Below are positions 16,943 to 25,846 of a DNA stretch of 64,000 nucleotides, piece after piece. The notes under the pieces were generated by a model. The model was not told the origin of the DNA, searched no databases, and was given only the letters and a program-made list of their open reading frames with translations. Numbering within the stretch: position 1 is the first letter of the stretch; each line of letters starts with the position of its first letter. The stretch spans positions 1 through 64,000 of the forward strand of contig CAVSZB010000001.1 in assembly GCA_963732385.1 (NCBI GenBank), written 5' to 3'. Source of the stretch: an uncultured bacterium (lineage in GTDB: Bacteria; Krumholzibacteriota; Krumholzibacteriia; LZORAL124-64-63). The position numbers and the translations under genes were made by a program.

Positions 16943-19744
16943 CTAGTCATCGTCGTCCTCCTCCTCGCCGTCCTCCTCGCGGTCATTCTCCACGGTCGGG
17001 CTCGAGGTGTCCTCGAAGTTTTCCCGCCAGGAGCGCACGGTGATGCGGGAGAGCGGGACGCCGATTTCGGCGGTCGTGATGGTGGCGTCGCTCGACTGGA
17101 CGATCAGCTGTTCGTTGGCCAGATCGACGACCGGGCGCGAGGCGATGCCCTCGCCCAGGTCCTCGTCCCGGTCGAGGGTTTCGCCGTCTTCGTTCTCGGG
17201 GGCGCCGCCGTCGAGCAGGTCGAGGCGGTAGAGCCAGGACTGGCCGCCGTAGGTGCACGGAACGTTGGCGGGGCAGAAGGAGGTGAAGTAGACCGCGCCG
17301 GCCAGGACCACTGCCCGCTCCGTAACCCGTTCGCCGGCAGCGTGCCAGAGGTCCACGTACCAGCCGTCGGATGTCGGCGCCGTGTCGGTGCCGGCGGTAC
17401 GGTCCTCAAGGTCGGAGCGCGTGAGCGTGGCGCCGTCTCGCGCGTCCCGCACGCAGTAGAAACTGTGCTGCTCGAAATCGAAGACGTCCTGGTCGTCGAG
17501 ATAGAGGCCGGTGCCGAAACAGAGGCTCAGGTAGCCGTCTTCTCCGTAGGCCACCGCCGGCTGGACCGTGATGGGACGCGGGCTGGTGAACAGCGCGCTG
17601 AGGCCCCAGGTCGCCGGGTCGGGATCGTCGCCCGGCACGAGTCGCCAGAGGGTTCCGAACAGGTCGCCGCAGTAGACGACGTCGGCATCTCCGTCGAAAT
17701 CGAGGTCGGCCGCCTGCGGGGCGGTGATCTTGTTCCACTCGCCGTTCTGCTCCGAAAGGAGCACGGAACCCTCTACGGCGCCGGTCTGCAGGTTGATGGC
17801 GTGCAGGTAGCCGCGGCCGGTGGTCTCGTCCAGACCGGAGCCGACGAGCACTAGTGGCTCGCCATTGACGCGCGCGTAGAGCGGATCGGAGGCGAAGCTG
17901 ACGCTGTCGGGCAGGGAGGCCTGCCAGAGCAGGCTCGGCACCGCAGGATCGGTCACGTCCATCGCGAAGTATTCGTGACTGCCCTGGCGTCCGCCGCCGA
18001 TCAGGACCGTGCGCCAGCCGCTGTCGAGCTCGGCGTCGACAACGGTCGGCGAGAGGTCGCAGCTGTAGGTGTGGCAGTAGTCCTCGTCGGCTATGACCGG
18101 CAGCTTGGGCAGGGCGAATGTGGGAATGAAGGCCCACGCCTCCACGCCGGATTCGGCATTGAACGAGTGCAGCATGCCGTCGTTCGCCGCCACGTAGACC
18201 ATGCGTGCGCGGTCGCGGGTGGCGGCCAGGTAGGCCTGGAAATCCTCGTCCACCAGATAGCGACGCGGCGGCCCCACCACGACGGGGGCGGCGTGGACAA
18301 TGTCGCCCAGGACATACCCCTCGCGGTCGCGCAGGCCGGTTACCGACTCGCCGCGCGTCCAGTTGATCACGGCCGCCGCCACCGCATCGCTGGCCACGCC
18401 GAGGGTGGCGCGCAGGGCGGCGGCCTGCGTGTCCACGAATGGGATGACGCTGCCGCCGACGGCGGTGGTGATGGTCCGGTCGTCCGGATCACGGTTCGCC
18501 AACAGTCGTCCCGCCTCCCAGACCGGATCGCTGGACACCGTGACGGGCATGCGGAATTTCTCGAGATAGCCGGTCCATTTCACCGGCAGGAACTTGGCGC
18601 GGAAGAGGTAGTCCTCGTCGCTGCGCTCGCTCGATACCACCGCCACCGCGGCGCCGGCCGAGATCCGCTCGATGATGTCGAGCATGACCCGCTCCATGCT
18701 CATCCACAACTGGGTGGCCGTCTCGGCCAGCAGATAGAGACCGTCGCCGTTGTCGGCGGTCTGGCCGAGGATGTCGATGTCGAGCCCATACCCGATGACG
18801 TAGGTGATGACGTTCTGGCCTTCGAGCCCCGATTCCCCGACCGTGCCCATGTCGGGGCGCAGGTCGGTGTGGCGCATCCAGTAGGCGACATCGTCCATGT
18901 GGTCGCTGCAGGCGAAGTAGAGCGCGTTCCAGGAGGGCGCGCCGAGAGATTCACAACTGCCGGGGTCGACACCGTCGCCGTCGGCATCCCACAGGTAGCG
19001 GCTGACGTCGAGATCATGCGTGGGGAAGCCGTCGGTGAGGACGATGAGGAAGTTGTACTGGCACTCGGCCTGGATCGGCGCGTCGGCGCCGGTGCTCGAG
19101 TAATAGTTGAGGATGTCCTCCATGGTCTCGGCGATCGGCGTGTTCGTGTAACAGGCGATGCTGTCGAGGGCCGCCAGGATCGTGGGCAGGTCGCTGCCGC
19201 ACGGGGCGATGATCTGCCCGCCGGGGTCGTTCTCGTTGTAGTTGAAGCGGGAGAGCCCGAAGCGGACGTTCGTCTGGTTCAGCACGACGCCCGCCACGAC
19301 CGACTTGGCGACCTGCACGCGCGTCAGGCGCGGCAGAGTGAGGCGCTGGGCGTCGGAGGCGGAGAAGTAGATCCAGTTCAGGTAGTTGCCCTGGTAGCGG
19401 CCGGGCTGTCCATGAACGGAATTGATGAGCCAGGCGGAGGGCGTGGCCGGCCAGGCGTTGCTGAAGTTTTTGGGCGAATACATGCCCGCGACCGCGACAT
19501 AGTAGGTGTCGAGCTCGTTGAAGCGGCCCGGATATCTGATGTCGGGGTCGTAGTCGTCGTGGAATACCGGCTCGTTCATCGACTCCGAGTTGTCGAACAT
19601 GAGCATCACGTTCGGTGGCAGGTTCGTCTGCTTCACGAACGTCGGCACCTGGCACTCCTGGGCGGTCGCCGTCATGGGCGCGGCGATCGCGGCCGCGATA
19701 AACAGCGCGACGACCATCGCGCGCACCGTCAGGTTCCTGGCCAT
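16943..19744 (-). CDS. pilY1: Type IV pilus tip adhesin PilY1/PilC (vWA + beta-propeller)
   Basis: MIDAS DNSESM and IVLTDG; LGDIVHAAP; AANDGMLHSF..GVEAWAFIP; DLDFDGDADVVY; GWYVDL...GERVT. RBS GAGGAGG before ATG 19744. Confidence 0.92.
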   Translation of the reverse strand: MARNLTVRAMVVALFIAAAIAAPMTATAQECQVPTFVKQTNLPPNVMLMFDNSESMNEPVFHDDYDPDIRYPGRFNELDTYYVAVAGMYSPKNFSNAWPATPSAWLINSVHGQPGRYQGNYLNWIYFSASDAQRLTLPRLTRVQVAKSVVAGVVLNQTNVRFGLSRFNYNENDPGGQIIAPCGSDLPTILAALDSIACYTNTPIAETMEDILNYYSSTGADAPIQAECQYNFLIVLTDGFPTHDLDVSRYLWDADGDGVDPGSCESLGAPSWNALYFACSDHMDDVAYWMRHTDLRPDMGTVGESGLEGQNVITYVIGYGLDIDILGQTADNGDGLYLLAETATQLWMSMERVMLDIIERISAGAAVAVVSSERSDEDYLFRAKFLPVKWTGYLEKFRMPVTVSSDPVWEAGRLLANRDPDDRTITTAVGGSVIPFVDTQAAALRATLGVASDAVAAAVINWTRGESVTGLRDREGYVLGDIVHAAPVVVGPPRRYLVDEDFQAYLAATRDRARMVYVAANDGMLHSFNAESGVEAWAFIPTFALPKLPVIADEDYCHTYSCDLSPTVVDAELDSGWRTVLIGGGRQGSHEYFAMDVTDPAVPSLLWQASLPDSVSFASDPLYARVNGEPLVLVGSGLDETTGRGYLHAINLQTGAVEGSVLLSEQNGEWNKITAPQAADLDFDGDADVVYCGDLFGTLWRLVPGDDPDPATWGLSALFTSPRPITVQPAVAYGEDGYLSLCFGTGLYLDDQDVFDFEQHSFYCVRDARDGATLTRSDLEDRTAGTDTAPTSDGWYVDLWHAAGERVTERAVVLAGAVYFTSFCPANVPCTYGGQSWLYRLDLLDGGAPENEDGETLDRDEDLGEGIASRPVVDLANEQLIVQSSDATITTAEIGVPLSRITVRSWRENFEDTSSPTVENDREEDGEEEDDDD

Positions 19745-19839
19745 CTGGATCTCCCTCCTCGTCATCCCCCACTCTTTCCGGCCTGACACGGACGAACGGC
19801 ACCTGGATGCGACTGATTTCGCGATGCCGCGCTCCGGTT

Positions 19840-20307
19840 TCAGTACCCCTCCTGATAGAACAGTCGGCTGATCACGAGCGCCACATCGCTGCGCCCCTGG
19901 CGCGACGACGCGCCGGTGGCGTCCACGGAGTAATCGTAGTCGAGGTATTCGATTCCCCAGCCCGGCTTGGGCCGCTGCCCGATGTACCGGCAGGAGTAGG
20001 AGTACTGCTGGCTGCCCTCGAGGGCGGTCGGGGCCACGGAGTTGACGACCTGGGTCTCGGTGTCGATCATCAGCGGCGGGTCCTCGGACAGTCGCAGGAA
20101 GTTGATGGCGCACTCCCCGCCGGCGTCGGCGGAGCAAAGGGCGCGCGCGTGGACGGATTCCGCGAAGGTGCAGCGCTTCTCGCTCTTGGCGAGCAGCCCG
20201 GCCCCGAGACCGATGATGGTCAGGACCAGGATGATCAACAGGGCCGAGACGAGAGCAAAACCTTCCCGGTGGCCTTCCGCCGGCTGGGGGCGAGGTGCAT
20301 GTGACAT
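19840..20307 (-). CDS. pilX: PilX-like minor pilin
   Basis: EG|FALVSALLIILVLTIIG prepilin-like N-terminus without Glu5; ALCSADAG motif; lies upstream of pilY1. Confidence 0.8.
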   Translation of the reverse strand: MSHAPRPQPAEGHREGFALVSALLIILVLTIIGLGAGLLAKSEKRCTFAESVHARALCSADAGGECAINFLRLSEDPPLMIDTETQVVNSVAPTALEGSQQYSYSCRYIGQRPKPGWGIEYLDYDYSVDATGASSRQGRSDVALVISRLFYQEGY

Positions 20308-20452
20308 AAGACCTCCAGCCACTCCGGAGGGAACGGGATTCCCCGGTCCCGGAAGCAGCAAAGCGCCCGGCGCGCCGATCGGCAAGCCGACCGGCGATCA
20401 GGGGCGAGAGGCTGATCAACGGCGAGGATCCTGACGAGGTTGCCGTGTGTCC

Positions 20453-20468
20453 AGCAAAGCGCGTGCCG
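20453..20468 (-). promoter_or_regulatory. sigma54 (-24/-12) promoter for pilX-pilY1
   Basis: Minus strand CGGCACG-CGCT-TTGCT with exact GG-N10-GC spacing. Confidence 0.65.
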
Positions 20469-20602
20469 CAGCCCCCGAGGCCCGGGGGGGCCCAGGAACG
20501 GCCCCAGGGGGGGGTGTGAGATGTCCTGGCAGGCGACCGGCGGGCAAACTACGATGGTGGATGCGTTCCGTGCAATTTCACAGGCAGTTCGTGGGATATT
20601 TT

Positions 20603-20618
20603 CGGCACGTCCTCTGCT
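20603..20618 (+). promoter_or_regulatory. Possible sigma54 promoter for the rightward operon
   Basis: CGGCACG-TCCT-CTGCT with GG-N10-GC spacing. Confidence 0.45.
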
Positions 20619-20677
20619 AAAATTATGAAGAATGTCCGTTATTCGACCTCGCACCATAAATCACCAAGGAGCGCGGC

Positions 20678-21130
20678 ATGACCTCGCGAGCCGCCATCGA
20701 TGAATTCCTGGCCCTGGAAACGCTGGCCCTTGTCGGGGTGTCGCGCAAAGGGAAGAGCTTCGGCAATACCGTCCTGAAGACGCTGCGGCGCCGGGGGCGC
20801 GAAGTGCTGCTGGTGCATCCGGTGGCGCGGGACATCGACGGGGTGCCATGCTTCCGCGCCGTGGCCGACCTGCCGGCGCGCGTGGGAGGTCTCGTCCTCG
20901 TGGTGCCGCCGGCTCAGACGGAGAAGCTGGTCATCGAGGCTGCCGCGGCGGGGATCCGCAGGATCTGGATGCAGCAGGGGGCCGACTCGCCTACGGCGCT
21001 GGCTTTCTGCGTCGCGCACGGCGTGTCGACCATCCGCGGCGAGTGCATCCTGATGTTCGCCGAACCGGTCGGCCGCATTCACCGGTTGCACCGCACGATC
21101 AGAGGGCTGCTGGGGAGGATGCCGAAGTGA
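20678..21130 (+). CDS. CoA-binding protein (YccU-like)
   Basis: ALVGVSR, IWMQQGA and GECILMF motifs. Confidence 0.88.
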   Translation: MTSRAAIDEFLALETLALVGVSRKGKSFGNTVLKTLRRRGREVLLVHPVARDIDGVPCFRAVADLPARVGGLVLVVPPAQTEKLVIEAAAAGIRRIWMQQGADSPTALAFCVAHGVSTIRGECILMFAEPVGRIHRLHRTIRGLLGRMPK

Positions 21131-22062
21131 CAGGCGGGCCCACTCCGCCGCCGCGCGACCGCTGCCGCGGCGCTCTGCTCGGCCTGGCGTGCGGTGACGC
21201 GGTCGGCACGGCGGTGGAGTTCAGGCCGCGCGGGTCGTTTCCGCCGGTGACCGACCTGGCCGGCGGTGGTCCTTTCCGGCTCGCGCCGGGCCAGTGGACC
21301 GACGATACCGCCATGGCGCTCTGTCTCGCCGCGAGCCTGGTCGAGACCGGCGGCAACGATCCGGTCGACCAGTTGCGCCGCTATTTGCGCTGGTACCGCG
21401 ACGGCGAAATGAGCTGTACGGGGACCTGCTTCGACTGCGGCAGCACCGTGAAGCAGTCGCTGGATCGTTTCGCCCTGACCGGTGAGCCGTTCTGCGGTTC
21501 CAGCGATCCGCATTCGGCCGGCAACGGCTCGCTCATGCGCCTGGCTCCGGTCCCGCTTTTCTTCGCGCGTGATCCGCGGCGCGCGATCGAGGCGGCCGCG
21601 GACAGCTCCCGCACGACCCACGCCGCCGCCACCGCCGTGGATGCCTGCCGTTTCTTTGCCGGGCTGATCCTGGGCGCGCTGGGGGGCGCTTCCCGCGAGG
21701 ATCTGCTCGCGTCCGACTTCGCGCCATATTCCGGCTGTTGGGCCGAGGCGCCACTGCATCCGGAGATCGCGGAGATCGCGGCCGGCTCCTACAAGCGCCG
21801 CGAGCCGCCGGAGATCAGGGGTTCCGGTTTCGTGGTGCGCTCGCTCGAGGCGGCGCTCTGGGCGTTCGCCCGGGCCGACTCGTTCCGCGACGGCTGTCTG
21901 CTGGCCGTGAACCTGGGCGACGACGCCGACACGACGGCGGCCGTTTACGGCCAGCTGGCCGGCGCGTTCTTCGGGGAGGCGGGCCTGCCCGAGACGTGGC
22001 TGGCGCGCCTGGCGTGGCGCGACCGGATCACGGATCTGGCCGATCGTCTGTGCGCGGGGTAG
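21127..22062 (+). CDS. ADP-ribosylglycohydrolase (DraG/ARH family)
   Basis: GLACGDAVG, WTDDT, AGNGSLMR and GDDADTT motifs. Confidence 0.93.
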   Translation: MTGGPTPPPRDRCRGALLGLACGDAVGTAVEFRPRGSFPPVTDLAGGGPFRLAPGQWTDDTAMALCLAASLVETGGNDPVDQLRRYLRWYRDGEMSCTGTCFDCGSTVKQSLDRFALTGEPFCGSSDPHSAGNGSLMRLAPVPLFFARDPRRAIEAAADSSRTTHAAATAVDACRFFAGLILGALGGASREDLLASDFAPYSGCWAEAPLHPEIAEIAAGSYKRREPPEIRGSGFVVRSLEAALWAFARADSFRDGCLLAVNLGDDADTTAAVYGQLAGAFFGEAGLPETWLARLAWRDRITDLADRLCAG

Positions 22063-22100
22063 GATGCGGGCCCAGCCCCGCCACCCGAAGGCAGGTGCCG

Positions 22101-22820
22101 ATGATTCTCCGCGCCGACGTCCACCGCATCCGCAGCGAGCGCGCCGCGCGTTTCCGCTTCGCGTGGCCGCTCCTGCTGTCGGGACTCCTGTGCTGCGGCG
22201 GCTGCCTGACGTTCTCTTCCTTCCAGACCGCGCGGATCCCCGAAGCGGACCGGCCGGAAGTGACCGCCGCCGTCACGCGCAGCGATTTCCGCGATGACGA
22301 CGACAGATCGGGGTGGTCGATGCTGGAGTTCCGGCGCCGGTCTCAGCTGGGCCGGTCGGACCGTCTGGAGGGGCACATCAAGCTGTCCTTCCTGCGCCCC
22401 GATGACGGGGGTCTCGGCGGCGTGCTCGGCGGTGGCTTCAAGGCCGCGATCCTGCGCGACCGCCTGGCCGTCGGGCTGCCGGTGAGCTGGTACATCGGCG
22501 ACACCGGCTTCCGGTTCCTGCAGCTCCACCCCGGCGTGATCGCCACGCTGCCCATCGTCCCGGGGCTCGACCTCAACGGGGACTTCGAGGTGTACGTCCT
22601 TGCCGGCGGCGGGATGCGGCCGCTGCACGCGCATCATCTGAGCCTGGCCATCGGCCCGGCCGACCACCGCTGGGCCGTGCGGCCCGAGATCGGCTGGCTG
22701 GGTTGGGATGATGGCTACGGCCGCGAGACTTCGGTCCAGTTCGGCCTGGCCGTGGAATTCCACGAGCGGCGCGGGGCGGCGTCCGGCCGCACGGGGGGCG
22801 GGGCGCGGGGGGTGTTCTAG
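22101..22820 (+). CDS. Hypothetical lipoprotein / outer-membrane protein
   Basis: CGGC lipobox-like motif; beta-strand-like pattern ending VQFGLAVEF. Confidence 0.55.
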   Translation: MILRADVHRIRSERAARFRFAWPLLLSGLLCCGGCLTFSSFQTARIPEADRPEVTAAVTRSDFRDDDDRSGWSMLEFRRRSQLGRSDRLEGHIKLSFLRPDDGGLGGVLGGGFKAAILRDRLAVGLPVSWYIGDTGFRFLQLHPGVIATLPIVPGLDLNGDFEVYVLAGGGMRPLHAHHLSLAIGPADHRWAVRPEIGWLGWDDGYGRETSVQFGLAVEFHERRGAASGRTGGGARGVF

Positions 22821-23008
22821 GGCGGATCGCGGAGAGGTGCGGTTCCTGCTCCGGGCGTCTCCTGCCGGCAACGCGGGGATCCGCGCTCGATCAGGATTCC
22901 GCCCTTTCCGGCCAAGGGGGTCGGTTCCGGTGGTGTGGTCCCATTGTTGCATGCTGTTGAGTCCTGCGATCCGCGGCGTTGCCTGATTGCACCTCCTCGC
23001 GCCGCCCA

Positions 23009-23037
23009 TTGACTTCCGTTACCTCCCAAGGTAGCAT
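23009..23037 (+). promoter_or_regulatory. sigma70 promoter with overlapping palindromic operator
   Basis: TTGACT-N17-TAGCAT; TACCT-CCCA-AGGTA at 23020-23033. Confidence 0.65.
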
Positions 23038-23041
23038 TTCA

Positions 23042-23236
23042 TTGGTCAGGATCCGTCGCGCGGGTTTCGTCTTCGTGGCCTGGCGGGGGGACCACACCCC
23101 CCGACACGTTCACGTGTATCGCGAAGGGAAGCTCGTGTTGAAATGGGATCTCGAAGAGGAGAAGGCGATGCGAGGCACGGCCTCGCGGGAAATCATGACG
23201 ATCATCGCCATGCTCGAGTCCGAGGGACGGCCATGA
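23042..23236 (+). CDS. DUF4160-like small protein (putative toxin)
   Basis: DHTPRHVHVY motif; 64 aa; ATGA overlap with the next gene. Confidence 0.7.
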   Translation: MVRIRRAGFVFVAWRGDHTPRHVHVYREGKLVLKWDLEEEKAMRGTASREIMTIIAMLESEGRP

Positions 23237-23700
23237 AGATCAGGCGCGTCGTTCCAAACAACCGGCGGAAGGCTTTCGAAGTGCGGACCTTCCGGTGCGC
23301 CTACTGGTACCCCTACGCCCGGCTCGACATCGGGCCATCGGAGGGTGACCCGGTCGTGGTCGCGACGGTGGATGCCGAGCTCGGGAACGAGGGATTTACC
23401 TATGCGCTCGCGTCTGGACGCGGTGACACCGTGCACATCGAACAGGTCCTGGACTACAATCGGGACCCCGGCTACCTGCGCGACATGCTGCTGTACGGGT
23501 TGACGATCGAGGCGCAGAGGCGGCTCGCCGACAGTGCGCTGAGCCGGCGCGAACTGATCCGTCGCATGCGAACCTCGGCAACGCAGTTCTATCGCCTGCT
23601 CGACCAGACCAACTACCGCAAGTCGGTCGACCAGATGCTTGCGCTGCTGCAGGCGCTCGACTGCGAGGTGGATCTCGTGGTGAGGGACAGGACGGCATGA
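23233..23700 (+). CDS. Putative antitoxin with C-terminal XRE-type HTH
   Basis: LSRRELIRRMRTSATQFYRLLD HTH; translationally coupled to the upstream gene. Confidence 0.7.
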   Translation: MKIRRVVPNNRRKAFEVRTFRCAYWYPYARLDIGPSEGDPVVVATVDAELGNEGFTYALASGRGDTVHIEQVLDYNRDPGYLRDMLLYGLTIEAQRRLADSALSRRELIRRMRTSATQFYRLLDQTNYRKSVDQMLALLQALDCEVDLVVRDRTA

Positions 23701-23812
23701 TTGTCTGCTGCCGGGTCCGGCCGGCCGCCGCCGCGTGTCTGCGCGCGGCCGCTCTGGCGCCGAGCCGGGAGTTGTTGGCGGAAGCCATCCTGGTGTTCAG
23801 GAGGACCGACTG

Positions 23813-24439
23813 ATGCGCGCGATTTTCGTGTTGTCGATGGTCCTGGCAGTCGTTCTTGTGGGATCGGCGCGAGCCATCGATCCCGATCCGCGTCATGTTC
23901 GCCCCTACCGAGTGCTGCGCGAGGAATCGGTGGGGCAGGTCGATGGGCGAAGCGCGAGACGGTGGATCATCGCGTCCGACGCGGGCACTCGCGACGAATT
24001 CGCGCACACCGCCATGCAGGCGTTGCTTGATTTGCATCGGCAATTCGGAGCCGACCACACAGGCGTCAGGCTCGTGGCGAGCGAGGCCCTGGAGCGCGCG
24101 GGCATCAACTACGCCAGCGCGTCGTATGCGGCCGACTCTTTGGGCAGCAAGGGTTTCCACAACGGGGTCGACACCCGCTTTCGCTATGTCTGGTTCGTGC
24201 GGGCCGCAGAGTACCCCCTTTCACCGCGCGAGGTTCGGATCGCCGAATTGTGGCCCGTCCTCCGGCCCAGATTTCCTTCGAAGCAACCCTGGAGTTCGCT
24301 CGGCTATGATCGCGAAGGGCTGATCCGGGCCGTTGCGGATTCACTGGGAATCGAGCGGGAAGTGATCAAGGCACCATATCTTTTCACGCCGCTCTACTAC
24401 GACGACATCCGCGAAGGCAGACCCCTCGACATTCGCTAG
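23813..24439 (+). CDS. Hypothetical secreted protein
   Basis: AGGAGG RBS; signal peptide ending in ARA. Confidence 0.7.
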   Translation: MRAIFVLSMVLAVVLVGSARAIDPDPRHVRPYRVLREESVGQVDGRSARRWIIASDAGTRDEFAHTAMQALLDLHRQFGADHTGVRLVASEALERAGINYASASYAADSLGSKGFHNGVDTRFRYVWFVRAAEYPLSPREVRIAELWPVLRPRFPSKQPWSSLGYDREGLIRAVADSLGIEREVIKAPYLFTPLYYDDIREGRPLDIR

Positions 24440-24493
24440 CGGGTTGGCCGGCGCGGTCGCGGCGTCGGGCCGTGTCCGTGCACCGGGACAAGA

Positions 24494-24521
24494 CAACCGG
24501 GCCCCTCGTGGGGCCCGGTTG
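24494..24521. terminator. Hairpin between convergent genes
   Basis: CAACCGGGCCCC-TCGT-GGGGCCCGGTTG. Confidence 0.6.
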
Positions 24522-24554
24522 CCCTTCGCCTCTCACTTCGGTGTGCGACAGCCG

Positions 24555-25673
24555 CTACAGCTTGTCCGCCACCGCCTTCGCCATGTCCATGGTGCCGGCG
24601 GTGCCGCCCATGTCGTAGGTGCGGACCTTGCCCTCCTTCAGCACGGAGGCGACGGCGGCTTCGAGGCGCTCGCCCAGCGCCTTCTCGCCGAGGAAGTCGA
24701 ACATCATCTTGACCGACAGGATCGTGGCCAGCGGGTTGGCGCGGTACTGGCCGGCGTACTTCGGGGCCGAGCCGTGCGTAGGCTCGAAGACGGCCACCTT
24801 CTCGCCGATGTTGCCCGAGCAGCCGAAGCCGAGGCCGCCGACCATCTGTGCGCAGAGGTCGGAGATGACGTCGCCGTAGAGGTTCGGGGCGACGAGGACG
24901 TCGTAGTTGAACGGGTTCTTGAGCAGCCACATCGTCATGGCGTCGATGTTGGCGTCGTCGACCTGGATGCCGGGAAACTCCTTCGCCACGGCCTTGCCGA
25001 TCTCCAGGAACATGCCGTCGGTGGCGCGCACGACGTTCGCCTTGTGGACGATCGTGACCTTCTTGCGGCCGTGCTGCTTCGCGAACTCGAATGCGGCGCG
25101 GATGATCCGTTCACTGCCCTTGCGGGTGTTGATTTTGCACGAGATCGCATAGGCGTCGCCGGGCAGCCTGGCGAACGGCGCGAAGTTTTTCGACAGGCTG
25201 TTGAGCGTGTCGCGCAGCGCGTCGGGCACCGGGCTGAACTCGACGCCGGCGTACAGGTCCTCGGTGTTCTCGCGGAAGACGACCAGATCGAGGCCTTCCT
25301 TGAAGTTGAGCGGGTTGCCGGGGTAGCCCTTGCAGGGGCGGTGGCAGACGTACAGGTCGAACTGCTGGCGCATGCGGACGATCGGCGAGCGGTAGACCAG
25401 GCCCTTGCCGCGCAACTCCGGCGCGAGCTCTGCCTCGGCGGCCTTGACCGGCTTCGAGGTGATGGCGCCGAAGACCGCGGCGTCGACTTTACCGAGCATT
25501 TCTACGGTGCGGACGGGGAAGGCGTCGCCCTCCCTGCACCAGAACTCCCAGCCGATGTCCCCGTGCACGTACTCCGCGTCGAAGCGCATCCTGTCGAGGA
25601 CGAGGCGCGCGGCCTCCATCACGTCGATGCCGATGCCGTCGCCCGGCATCCATCCGATCCGATACTTCGCCAT
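24555..25673 (-). CDS. Isocitrate/isopropylmalate dehydrogenase family protein
   Basis: GDGIG, FRENTEDLY, HKANV, NLYGDVISD and FEPTHGSAP motifs; substrate not determinable. Confidence 0.93.
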   Translation of the reverse strand: MAKYRIGWMPGDGIGIDVMEAARLVLDRMRFDAEYVHGDIGWEFWCREGDAFPVRTVEMLGKVDAAVFGAITSKPVKAAEAELAPELRGKGLVYRSPIVRMRQQFDLYVCHRPCKGYPGNPLNFKEGLDLVVFRENTEDLYAGVEFSPVPDALRDTLNSLSKNFAPFARLPGDAYAISCKINTRKGSERIIRAAFEFAKQHGRKKVTIVHKANVVRATDGMFLEIGKAVAKEFPGIQVDDANIDAMTMWLLKNPFNYDVLVAPNLYGDVISDLCAQMVGGLGFGCSGNIGEKVAVFEPTHGSAPKYAGQYRANPLATILSVKMMFDFLGEKALGERLEAAVASVLKEGKVRTYDMGGTAGTMDMAKAVADKL

Positions 25674-25846
25674 GGTCGCCATCCTCCTCGAGCGGTGGTC
25701 AACAATACGGCGCGGTCGCTCTGTGACCGAAATCGCCGTGAATCGTGCAGGCCGGGATCGATGCTCCAGCAGGGGTCATGAGGGTCAAAGATAGGGGGCG
25801 CCGACCGGAAATCCAACCGCAAGGGGGGGCGGCGAGCAATTGCAGC

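Noticed and set aside
16943..20419. 1158-aa ORF as a single protein
   Set aside because: The upstream part is an off-frame read across pilX; pilY1 has its own RBS and signal peptide at 19744.
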